NCBI RefSeq assembly: GCF_018977255.1
Contig: NW_024704742.1
Span: 3,846,001-3,910,000, forward strand
Length of the DNA stretch: 64,000 nucleotides
Direction of reading: 5' to 3'
Source of the DNA: Callorhinchus milii
Taxonomy: Eukaryota
Part shown: piece after piece, positions 39,798 to 50,309 of the stretch
Numbering within the stretch: position 1 is the first letter of the stretch
Layout of the letters: each line of letters begins with the position of its first letter
The notes under the pieces: model-generated
Seen by the model: only the letters and a program-made list of their open reading frames with translations
Told to the model about the DNA's origin: nothing
The model's database searches: none
Program-made: the position numbers and the translations under genes

Positions 39798-41947
39798 ATG
39801 TCCAAATGTTTTTGGAAATCCCGTGAGGAAACAGAGACAGTACGTCTCATTTTCCGTCTGTTCCTCAGATAGAATTGTACTCTATCCAGGTGACCTTTAT
39901 GAAGCAGGAGGGCAGTTGTTTTGCCACATTCACACGAGCGCATGAAATCTTGGAAACATTGTGAATGCAAGGCAGCGACAATAAAGAACAAAAATGAAGG
40001 TCAAATACTTTTGATATACATACATACATAATGAAAATGCATCATTATCTGCTTTCACGTTAATTTTGAAAGAAAATCTTAATTGGTATGATTACAAAAG
40101 TTAATCTCCCTGGTTTTTGATTGAATTTTAAAAGGACATAAAACCACAGCAGACAAAAACAAATAGACAGAACGTTTCTAATGACAGATGCATCATGAAG
40201 ATAAATTTCTAGTTTTTCCTTTCTTAGGTGGATCTCTAAGACAACTTCCTCTGACAACCTGGCAGGTCAAGCAGGATCTATGGAGAAAGTGAGTCAACGT
40301 TTTGGGTCCATGACCCTTCATCAGAACTGGGGCATGTTTCCTCCCAACATGTCCCAGTTCTGACGAAGGGTCGTGGACCCGAAACGTTGACTCACTTTCC
40401 TTTCTCCGTAGTTGCTGCCTGACCTGCTGAGTGTTCCCAGCGACTTCTGTTTTTGTTTCAGATTTTCAGCATCTGCAGTATTTTGCTCTGACAACCTGCT
40501 TCTCTAGAGTCACTGAATCATCTATGGAGAAGAAAGAATTCATATTGAACTTTGTGCAGTGTTTGACTATCGATAAGCTGCTTGAAAAAGCTCCTGCCTT
40601 CCAAGAGTTTTTATGCAAGTACACAAAACAGGGTGGGACTACTCCAACACCATCACAGCTTTGTAATACATACTTGAAGGAGCTTATTCCTGAGCATGAA
40701 GCATTTTTGAAGAAACATGTTGAGGACATGGATGTGTACTTGTTTCTGGATGAGACCACTGATTCCAGTGGGCGCAGTGTTTTGGCAGTGCTAACACAGA
40801 CACTGCAGAAAGCTGTCGGAAGCCTCTTCTTATTGGAGTAGAATTCTTGCAGCGAGTCAACCATGCCACTGTATCACAAGCTCTTCTAAGAGTCTTAAAT
40901 GTAGAAATGGTTAACTTTGATAGTGCTTGCAGTTGCCACAGACAGTCCAAGCTATATGATCAAAGCAGTTAACACAATTCTGTCGGGATTGTTTCCAAAC
41001 GCAATACATATTACACGCATTGCCCGTCTTCTAAACTTGATTTTGGAAATTTAGCCTATTATATTGGAGGACTTAAACGCAGTGGTTGCTGTGGTTAAGA
41101 AAGTCCTTTGCCAAAGTCTATTGTGCCGGCATCAGTACTTGGAATTTATGAAGATGAAGGATAAAATTAAACTACAAATGCCAGTCTTTGCTGTTCAAAC
41201 GCGTTGGTGCTCCTGAGTGAAGGCTGTTGAATATTTGTATGTGTACTTGCCTGTTTTGGCAGAATTACTTTGAGGAATTACATCAGAGGGCTCAGTGAAA
41301 AAAATTAAAACACTCTTGAACAATAACACTGCAGAGTTGCAAGCCCAAGCAACCTTTGTCACAGAGCACTCATCTGAGCTCATAAAACTCACTGAAGAAC
41401 ATCAGGAAACATCTGTGCCTCAGAGCCACAATTTGCATTTATGGGTGCAAAAAATTACATTTGTTTATTGATTTCCAAAGACAGTGGAAAAGTTTGCAGC
41501 CTGTTCTGAGAATGAGAAGCATGTGTCAACCTTTCCCAGAGAATCATACAAGACCGCAGTGAAAAGATGGGCCTGATTTTGAATAAGCATCCGTCAATTG
41601 CTACCTATAAAGCAGTTTGTATTTTTGATCCTCGCCAGCTAGCAACAATGGATGCCAAAAAAGACTTATATAGTAATGTGATTCCTTCCCTTTCAACTAT
41701 TTAAAACTTCGAATGGCATGCTTATAAAGCAGCTGGAGAAAATATCCCAGCTAACCACAAATAGCAGCATGGTGGGGAGCTCGGCCTAAGCCACTTGTGA
41801 AACTTGCTAAAATTGCAAAAAGTTACATTTTTTGAGCACAGCTGACGTTGAAAGATCATTTTCTGTTTATGCAGACCTCCTCAAAGATATCAGACAAAGC
41901 CTACAGAAGAAAATATAAAGATTCTTCTCATGTTAAAATTTAACTAA
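39798..41947 (+). pseudogene. Decayed hAT transposase with CGGBP1-like N-terminus
   Basis: DRIVLYPGDLYEAGGQLFC (39868-39924), FLDETTDSSGR, VATDSPSYMIKA (within 40923-40967), TRW (41199-41207), VERSFS (41847-41864). Frameshifts and stops are present. Confidence 0.88.
40262..40485. mobile_element. Palindromic Penelope-type terminal-repeat fragment inserted in the transposase
   Basis: Inverted arms about 40262-40338 and 40346-40428. 13-bp TSD CTCTGACAACCTG (40249-40261, 40486-40498). CTGACGAAGG..CCGAAACG motif. Family assignment from recall. Confidence 0.75.
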
Positions 41948-42344
41948 TACTGAACTTTTGGCTGACAATTTTTTGTTTGTTTCTGTAAAAATTTGATTTG
42001 AAAATTTTAATTTCTCTGCAAACTGTGTTGAAACTGTACTTTTGCATCTTTTGAAAGGTGGTGTTCTGTTTTTGTTGAAAAAAACATTAATAAATTGTTT
42101 CTTCCAATAATCTATGATGTGTTTCTTCAGGTTTAGTTTTTAAGAGTGAGAAGAGAAAAAATAAAGGGTTAGCAGCAAAACACATCTCTCAACAGCACCA
42201 ATCAACCCCCGCAAAATTCAGCAAGCTCTCCGCAATTTCCCGCAAGACTTCCAAAGCACGCCGTAATTTGGGGGGCGAATATTTAAGAACTTTTCTATTG
42301 GCCCAGGTTATAAGTAAAGAAACCTAACTTAATTTCTTGAAAGA

Positions 42345-42446
42345 ACGGTTCTGACAAAGTCGTGGACCCGAAACGTTGACTCACTTTCCTTTCTCCATAG
42401 ATGCTGCCTGATCTGCTGAGTGTTCCCAGCGATTCCTGTTTTTGCT
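42345..42446 (+). mobile_element. Second, single-arm copy of the Penelope-type fragment
   Basis: Near-identical to 40357-40455 (gtcgtggacccgaaacgttgactcactttcctttctcc..ctgctgagtgttcccagcga). Confidence 0.8.
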
Positions 42447-42854
42447 AGTCATATTGTATCTGGCTGGGTTGAAAAGTTCCTAAAGCATACTAGGCAAAGA
42501 ACCTTCAGGCTTAGTCGAGGGACATTTCACTTGATCCAAGAGAACATGCAAGTCAAGGGGTATTTCATTTGATCAGAACTGTATGACACAGTATCTACTT
42601 ACACTGACACTGAATTACGTTATTGATTCCGCTTATGGAAAAATAATGGCTCAAATGGTGGCAGCAGTTTTTATCTCAGTGTCATTTTTCTTTACTTTCA
42701 ATTGTTGCACAAAAGTTAATAGTATCCCTCCTTGGGTTCAAGTACCAGAAAGAACAAAATGAAGATATGAGCACCACAAAACTCGTCGTGCTGGGGGTGT
42801 ATTCATTGTTGGAGGTGCTGTTTTTCGTATAAGTCATTAAACCAAGGTCCTGTC

Positions 42855-43205
42855 GCAGATTATTACAGCACAGAAGGAGGCCATTTGGCCCATCTTTGGA
42901 AGAGCAACCCAATCAGTTCGACACTCCTGCTCTTTTCCCCATATCCTTGCAAATTTTTCCTCTTCGAGAATCTATCCAACAACAACATCTTGGATTTATA
43001 TAGCGCCCTCCACGCCGGACGGCGTCTCAGAGCGCTTCACAGTAACGGATCCCGGGGTCGAACCAGGGGGAGGGGGAGGAAGGTGACCAAAGGCATGGTC
43101 GAAAGGAATCCAATTCCTTTTTGAAAGTTGTTATTGAATCAGTTTCCACCCACCCTTTCAGGCAGTGCGTTCCAGACCGTAACAACTCTCTGTGTAAAAA
43201 TTTCA
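42855..43205 (-). mobile_element. CR1 3' end containing a nested L2 3' end (42980-43107)
   Basis: CR1 FTQRVVTVWNALPERV and tail. The insert is flanked by a 6-bp duplication ATCCAA (42974-42979, 43108-43113). Confidence 0.8.
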
Positions 43206-43440
43206 GACAGTAACAACTCTGAGTCGAATGATATTGAGATGAATTTTAAACTACCATCCCATAGATGAGAAGCCTCAGCAGAGGAATCATATCTGCTAGA
43301 ACCTTCCTGACTTTTAAGGCTCAGTGCCGCAATACATGGTGTCATTAACACTGAGCAACCAGAGAATTCCACCTGCAAATATTTAATGGTTCATAACTCA
43401 TTAAAAGTCAACATTTGCATACTGTACCCATTCTACATAC

Positions 43441-43630
43441 CTGCATTAGTTCAGCACTGGTTCTATGTGGGAAAAGCTCAGTCAGTTTTCGTAGTTTTGT
43501 AAGAGCAGAGTCACCTAAATTGACATTTAAATGGGATGAGCTACTATAGTTTAGAGAAGATCCATTTGTTTTAGGAGTAAGTTGCATCTCTTCCTCCTCC
43601 TCCTCCGATTCAAAGTCAGCAGCACCATTT
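43441..43630 (-). CDS. SMARCAD1: SMARCAD1 coding exon 3 (190 nt; start of first CUE-like domain)
   Basis: cttccag| .. KLRKLTELFPHRTSAELMQ|gtatgt; phase 2 to 0. Confidence 0.93.
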
Positions 43631-45439
43631 CTGGAAGACAGATAGTCAGATTGTGAAGGTCAATCTTATGACAGACATCAGAAATTATATATTTGATCAA
43701 CCACTAAGAATGATATAACAAGATGGTGGTTGGAATTAGGACATTTAATTCAACAAAAAACAGTTTAATGGAAAGGGGTTGCATTCCAGAACGATGAGAT
43801 GGATCAAAGTGGCTATGAAGTTCATTTTTCATTCAAATAATAATAATCCTTGCATTTGATATAATGCCTCATCACGTCTTTGAGATGTCTCAAAGCAATT
43901 CACAGAACATACTGTAAAGTGAATATACTATATACGCTTGTGAATATTCAAAGCACAAGCTACAGCTATCATATTTGTCCTGGAACTAAATATACAACTC
44001 CTCCTTCTGCTAAATTAAGATGCCAAATATCCCTGACCTTGGGCAGAGAAGTGAAATGAGTGACAATGCATCCTCTTGGGTGCATCTTTGACACGCTCAA
44101 GGCTCAGTTTAATATTTGTAAAAAGAAAATAAATTTCTCTCCCAAATCGGACAGTGTAACTACTCTCACATCCTCATAATCGTTTGCAAAGTGCTGAAGC
44201 TATATCTTGTTTAAAAACATTCCTAGCAATAAAAATCTCAAGGGCAGACCTGTAACAATGGAAAAATCCATAGATCCATATTGGCAATTTCTGTATTCTG
44301 AAGGCCCACAGAGTAATCAGAGCAGAGTAAAGTGCACCAGCAATGTGCTAACTCAAGCGGCAGTAAAATTCAGTGACCCACAACCCTAGGTTCCTTATTC
44401 TGCTAACTAATGGCTACATCACATACCCTGGTTATTCTCACATCCCAATATAGCCACTTCAGACAGAGCGGATACAAATTGTGGGAGATTAGAAAAGGAA
44501 ATGGTTTACCTTCAAACAATAATTTTAAAAAAGTCGGTGCAATTCTCATTTCTCCCGTTTCCCCCACCGATAATTTCTTTTTCTGCTCTTACCCATAAAA
44601 ATCTAATTTGACGAACTGGTATTTGGAAATAGAATGTGTATGCTCTCTCCTTGGAAGGACGCGCCCAGCCTAGTTAATTACAGGGGTATTTGGAACAGGT
44701 TGTTAAGTATCAAAGCCTGGGAATATCAGAATGCTTTTGGGCACTGCTGGAGTTTAACCAGCTAAACAGCTTATCATGGAGAACACTGTCTGACAAGCAC
44801 CTGATATTTTCACCTTCTCCCCACCGCGCCAACATGTAATGGTCCCCATTGCATGTTTCTTTTGAAGGCATGTCTTGAGATATACCAAGAATGATCATTA
44901 TCGGCTCCGTTAAGTTTGGACACATTTGTTTATCTGTATGATTTATTACTCCTAAGGGCATTGAGGTTAAAATATCCATTTCAAAACAGAAGATTTATTG
45001 TAGGTTATTTTGGTTGTTGGGAAAAAAACTACTTCTAAGAACTGATACTTTAATGTTTTACTTTCCAGTGCAGTGAAATATAACACAATCTATGAATATA
45101 CAGATGTACTATAAAATTACAGCTTTCAAGAGTTGTTACTTGTAATAATAAATAATAATTCTTGCATTTGATATAGTGTCTTATCACATCTTCAAGACGT
45201 TTCTAAGCACTTCACAGAATATACTGTAAAGTGAATTGAATGTATATTTTATGTGTAAAATTAAAATGAGATTTTAAGTGTCACACATCTACCTTCGACT
45301 GTGCAAATACAAGTGTGTGTAAACATTTGTCTCGATACAAGCAGAACACATTTTTACTTTTTTCATGAGGGAAGAGGGGAATTTGCACCTTCCACTTTAC
45401 ATTATGTATAATTGAGAGACTGTAGAATTTCATCATAAA

Positions 45440-45915
45440 TAACAACAACTTGCAATTATATAGCTCCCCTAACACAGCGTAGCGTCCCACTGCGCTTGAC
45501 AGTGGCAGAGGACAAAGCTGAGCCGGGTGGGGAGGTAACCGCAGGCACGGTCGAAGAGGAAGGTCATCATGCGCGATCTGAAGATGAGGAAGGAAGGGGC
45601 AAAGCGAAAGGATAGAGGAAGAGTGTTCCAGAGTTTCGGGACATAGTGGCTGTAAGCACAGCCACCAATGGTGGAATGGAGGGTACGACAGACATGCAGC
45701 GGGTTGGAGCCACTCGAGCCAATCGAGTAGGACATTTGAATAGTCAAAGTGGGAGGTGATGAACACATGGATGAGTGTTTCGGCTGTGTCTGGGATAAGG
45801 TATGGTTGGAGGCAGGCAACGTGACAGAGGTGCATGAAGGCGATCCCGGTCAGGAACAAATGTGGGGGAAGGAAAGAAAGCTGTCGGTCGAAACTGACGC
45901 CTAGGTTGCGCACCG
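45440..45915 (-). mobile_element. L2 3' fragment
   Basis: RNLGVSFD, AETLIHVFITSHFDYSN, LWNTLP. Confidence 0.85.
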
Positions 45916-46260
45916 GTTCGGTGACAATACTCCATGTAAAAACGGATGCATTTTAACAGCATTAGACAAATCCAAACACCAATACAAAAATATTCTACAG
46001 TGTAATCAGATAACCAAATTAAATTAGATCTAATTTAACATTTTCAACAGTAATGCATTTCATTCAAGAATAAGAAAGAACTACAACAAAGTGGGAACTT
46101 TCAAGCAAACTAAGCTACTAGTGTTGATACCCTCAAAACTAAAACACCTTTAAGCATAAATTAACACTGAAGATTCCATGATTACAATGTATGAAGATAA
46201 ATTCCCTGCTCCAAAAAATTATTTTCCTGGGGAACGGAAAGTGATAAAACAGTTACTTAC

Positions 46261-46441
46261 ATTTTTTGAATCCATCTTTTTGGCCGCATAGTCACTTCAG
46301 TCCTAGACAAACTTTTATGGTTCAATTCCTCATTGTCAGATTCCGAGTCTATAAAATGGACTCCTTTCTCACATCTCCGGAAATATGATAAAATACCTGA
46401 CCGTTTTGCTTCTGGTGTCTCTGGTATACTGGTCACTAAAT
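46261..46441 (-). CDS. SMARCAD1: SMARCAD1 coding exon 2 (181 nt)
   Basis: ttcctctag|AT TTA.. encodes DLVTSIPETPEAKRSGILSYF; donor AT|gtaagt; phase 1 to 2. Confidence 0.93.
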
Positions 46442-46994
46442 CTAGAGGAAAGGTAGGAGGGTTTTTTGGAAAAAAAATTAGCAATCAAAAGCAGAATGCT
46501 GTTGTACAAGGGTTGAAGGATTTTCACAACACAGAACCTGTTTTGTTTCATTTCCCAAATTATAAATTGCACTTTGAAGCTAATTCTATAGACAATGGGT
46601 TTTACACATAATAAGATGCTATATCAAATGCCAGGATTATTATTATTAAACTGTGGAGTGCATGATAGCGGAACCTAAACTTGTTCTCACCCAGTATCCA
46701 ACCAGCAGGAACACTGAGTAATGTTCCCCCCTCCCCAGGCCAAAAATACATGGGCTCTTGCAGCCCGTCCACCATATACTAACCAGCTGAGATCAACTAA
46801 TTCATCACAGAGCCAAGAAGCAAACCTGTGACCATCTAGTCTGTATGGTTTAATTATAATGCTGTCTACCCTGAACCAGCAGATATTCTTTCAAAGAGTG
46901 AATTTGTATCTTTTGCTGTTTCCTAAGTTATTTTGCAATGATAAATTATATTATAAATGTTTGATTATCCCCATTTACAATAAGGACATCTTGG

Positions 46995-47470
46995 CATTAG
47001 TTGGCAATGTGACAGAGGTGGAAAAAAGCGGTCCTGGTCAGGTAACGGATGTGGGGCAGAAAGGAAAGCTGAAGATTGAACTTGATGCCCAAGTTGCACA
47101 CGGGTTCGGAGAGTCTGAGGAAGAGCTCAAGAGACTGAGGAAGTTCAGACCTGCATGTGAGAAAACATTGACGGGAGTCAAAGAGTATCGTTTTCCATCT
47201 TGCCGACATTCAGCTGCAGAAAAAAATTTGCGCTCATCCAGGCATTGATGTCTGTCAAACACTCTGACAGGAAATCAGCAGACTGGGAATCGCAGCTGGA
47301 AGAGGAGAAGTAGTTTTGGGTATCATCCACATAGCTGTGGAAGTTGATGCCATGTCTGTGGATGACATCGCCAAGAGAAAGCATGTAGATAAGGAAATGA
47401 AGTGGGCCAAGGATGAAGTCTTGGGGTACCCCACGGATCACCGGGCAGGGGCGGGAGGAAAAAACATTTG
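46995..47470 (-). mobile_element. L2 RT fragment
   Basis: GVPQDFILGPLHFLIYM..FHSYVDDTQ. Confidence 0.88.
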
Positions 47471-47484
47471 CTGAGATGTATTGT

Positions 47485-47942
47485 GCCCGACTCCACTGGC
47501 TCCCCATCCCCCAGAGGATCGAGTTCAAGATCCTCATCCTCACTTTCAAGGCCATCCATGGCCTCACCCCCTCCTACCTCTCTGACCTGCTGACTCCCTA
47601 CCAACCTGCCCGCTCCCTCCGTTCAGCGAGCTCCGGGCTGCTCCATGTCTCCCGCCCGACCCGCCCTACCATCGGTGGCCGGGCTTTCAGCCTCTCTGCC
47701 CCCACACTCTGGAACCCCATCCCACGGTCCCTTGGCCTCGCTTCCTCCCTCGCCACCTTCAAGGCCGGTCTCAAGACCCTTCTCTTCGATCGTGCCTTTG
47801 GTCTCCCTCCCACCTCTCTGCCTTCCCTCACCCCTACCCCACCCCTCCCCCATGCTCGGGCCCCGACACCTGACTGTTCAGTGCTTCGGGACGTTCTCCC
47901 GACATGAAAGGCGCTCTATAAATGTAATTTTGTTGGCGGTTT
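47485..47942 (+). mobile_element. L2 LINE 3' end, young-looking
   Basis: ARLHWLPIPQRIEFKILILTFKAIHGLTPSYLSDLL..GGRAFSLSAPTLWN..FKAGLKTLLF; tail GGCGCTCTATAAATGTAATTTTGTTG. Confidence 0.9.
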
Positions 47943-48019
47943 GTTAAGTAGGACTCCGAGTGCAGTGCCACTAAGGTGTATGAGGGAGATGAGGTGGTGG
48001 AGGAGGATGGCGTGATCAA

Positions 48020-48620
48020 CTGTGTCAAATGCCAAAGAGGAAGGTCATCGTGCGCGATCTGAAGATGAGGAAGGAAGGGGCAAAGCAAAAGGATAGAGGA
48101 AGAGTGTTCCAGAGTTTTGGGACATAGTGGCTGTAAGCACAGCCACAAATGATGGAATGGAGGGTACGATGTTTGTCAGGAGGTCGCAGAGTTGGGAGGC
48201 TGGGGGGGGGGGGGGGGGGGGGGGGAGTGAGACCCCGGAGAGCTTTGAAGGTGAGGACCAAAATCTTGAATCGTATCCTGTGGGTGAAGGGAAGGAAGCC
48301 AGTGGAGTTGGCCGAGGATGGGGATGATAGGGTCAAGGAGCCTCGTGCGGGCGAGGAGACGGGCTGCAGAGTTCTGGATGATCCGGGCGGGCCCACGGAG
48401 GGGAGAAGCTGGGAGTTTGCATAGTCAAGCCTGGATGTCACGAGCGCGTGCGGGTATGAGGGTTTTGGTGGCCTGCGGCGTGTCAGAGTCTCAGGAGAGA
48501 GACTGGTCGATTGTGCCAGCAGTGAGCAGGGGTGGGTGTGGCGGTGTGGCGGTGGGGGGGTTCACGGCAGCGGGCGGTGAGGTTCATCGGGGTGATGCTG
48601 GGTTTCGAGAGGCGATGGAA
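48020..48620 (-). mobile_element. L2 fragment (shares about 130 bp of near-identity with 45555-45690)
   Basis: TSRLDYANS, RIRFKILVLTFKAL, LWNTLP. Confidence 0.82.
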
Positions 48621-48899
48621 CGATAACAATGATCACACTAACAGTGAAAAAAAAAGGGAATGATAAATCCTTGCATTTTGATACCGCCGCCCCATCGCGT
48701 CTTTGCCCCCTCTCTCCGAGCGCTTCGCGGGATATTACCGGAAGGCGAATCGACCGTTCTACTTTGTGGGACGTGACGTGGAGCGCAGCTGCGGCGCCGC
48801 CACCGCCACCACCGCCGCCACCACCACCACAACAACAACAACATGCACTGATGGAGCGCCTTTCAGGTCAGGAGGGCCTCCAAGACCAGACCACTTCAC

Positions 48900-49428
48900 C
48901 TGCTGCCGCCGTGTGGTCCTTGGGCTGTGATGGCAAAGGGAGTTCGCAGGCGTCCTCCTCCTCCTCCTCTTCCTCTTCTTCTCCTCCTCCTCCTTCTTCT
49001 TCTTCTTCCTCCTCCTCTTCCTCCCCTTCCCCGTGCGCAGGTGGCGAAGGGGGTCCGGAGTCACTCTCCTCGTGGCCGAGTAATGACGACGGTGGCGGAG
49101 GCGGTGATGATGATGATGATGGCGGCGGCGGCGGCGGAAGCGGTGACGATGATGACGACGACGACGACGATGATGAAGAAGAAGAAGAAGAAGAAGAAGA
49201 AGAAGAAGAAGAAGAAGAAGAAGAAGAAGAAGAAGAAGAAGAAGAAGAAGAAGAAGAAGAAGAAGAAGAAGAAGAAGAAGAAGAAGAAGAAGAAGAAGAA
49301 GAAGAAGAAGATGATGATGAAGAAGAAGCGGCAGCGGCAGCTCGGGAGCGGCCCCGCTCGCCGGGCCTGGGCTCGAGCCGCTCTCCTGTCTTGTGGTAAC
49401 GGAAGCGCTCGAGATTGAGGCAGCTCAT
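48900..49428 (-). CDS. SMARCAD1: SMARCAD1 coding exon 1 (529 nt; poly-Ala/Ser/Pro/Glu expanded N-terminus)
   Basis: GCCGCCATG Kozak context. MSCLNLERFRY resembles the human start MNLFNLDRFRF. Donor CAG|GTGAAG is phase 1, matching the next exon; the donor position is less certain than for the other exons. Confidence 0.85.
49175..49309 (+). repeat. (GAA)45 trinucleotide repeat inside coding exon 1
   Basis: 135 nt uninterrupted; read as TCT (Ser) on the coding strand. Confidence 0.95.
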
Positions 49429-50309
49429 GGCGGCGGGCGGGCGGGCGGGCGGTGGGGAGGGAGGGAGGGGGGGGGGGGGGGGGTGGGGGAGGAGCGGCGG
49501 CGGCGGCGGCGCGCGTGCGGTCGCACCTTTTTGAACGCGGGAGTCGGAACGGGCGACCGTTACTGCGGCAACGTCACAAGCGGCCCTCAGGCCCGCGAGG
49601 GGGAGGGGGAGGAGGAGCGGCGCGGCTCTCACTCACTCACTCTCTCTCTCTCTCTATATATATATATACACACACGAGACCTGCCTGAGGTAGTGGGTTA
49701 AACGCGAACTTATTCACGAGCCTCTGTCTTCTCCATCGTTGAGATATATATATATATATATCTATAAATTCCCCCTCCACTCCCCCGTCTCTATTTTCAA
49801 CGAAGGCCCCGAAGTCTCTCTCTCTCTCTCTCTGCGTTTTGGGGGGTGTTGTTGTTGTTGTTGTGGTGGTGGTGGTGGTTTAGGGGTTGTGTGTGTATGT
49901 GTGTGTGTGTGTTTTTCACCCCACGCGCCCCCCTCCCCTTTCTCCTCCTCCTCCTCCTCCACCAGCACCACGCGAAAGCCGTACGGGCCGGGCCGGGTCG
50001 TACGTAAGCACGCACGCACGCACGGACGGGGCGGACGCGCACGCAACGCAACGCACCGCACGCACGCACGCAACCCGGCAGCAACGAGCGCCGCGATTGG
50101 AGGAGACGGCAGGCGGCGGACCAATCGGCGGCTCCCGTGGGAAGGGGAAGGGGGGCGGGGGGAAGGAGGAGGAGGAGGAGGAGAAGAAGAAGGGGAGGTT
50201 AAAGGCCATGTACAGCCACCCCTTCCCCCCCCCCTCCCCCAAACCCCACCCGCACCCTCCCTCCCTCCCTCCTCCAACCATATATATTATACAAACACAT
50301 GGTTATGCC

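Larger units (their letters stand above)
39396..42306 (+). mobile_element. hAT DNA transposon (CGGBP1-related transposase), 2911 bp, both ends intact
   Basis: 18-bp TIRs CTGGGCCAATGGGAAAGT / CTGGGCCAATAGAAAAGT (39396-39413, 42289-42306). Perfect 8-bp TSD GTTATAAG (39388-39395, 42307-42314). Confidence 0.93.
1903..49428 (-). other. SMARCAD1: SMARCAD1 gene body, 17 coding exons in window, 3' part beyond position 1
   Basis: Spliced translation runs MSCLNLERFRY..SIPETP..two CUE-like segments..[39 protein letters not shown], colinear with SMARCAD1. All 16 internal junctions are GT-AG and phase-compatible. Confidence 0.97.
48450..50200. promoter_or_regulatory. CpG island / SMARCAD1 promoter
   Basis: Dense CpG around the start codon. 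RFX X-box-like GTTGCC-GC-AGTAAC (minus, 49559-49572) abuts a CRE-like TGACGT (about 49571-49576). Opposed CCAAT boxes at 50096-50100 and 50121-50125. GC boxes near 50027 and 50151. Confidence 0.85.

Noticed and set aside
46995..47942. Opposed L2 pieces resembling a twin-primed 5' inversion
   Set aside because: The minus piece looks more decayed than the plus piece and no shared TSD was found. Probably independent insertions.
48629..49418. Plus-strand poly-Glu and poly-Lys ORFs
   Set aside because: Antisense readings of the exon 1 triplet repeats. Only the minus frame has the Kozak ATG, SMARCAD1 homology and correct splice phase.
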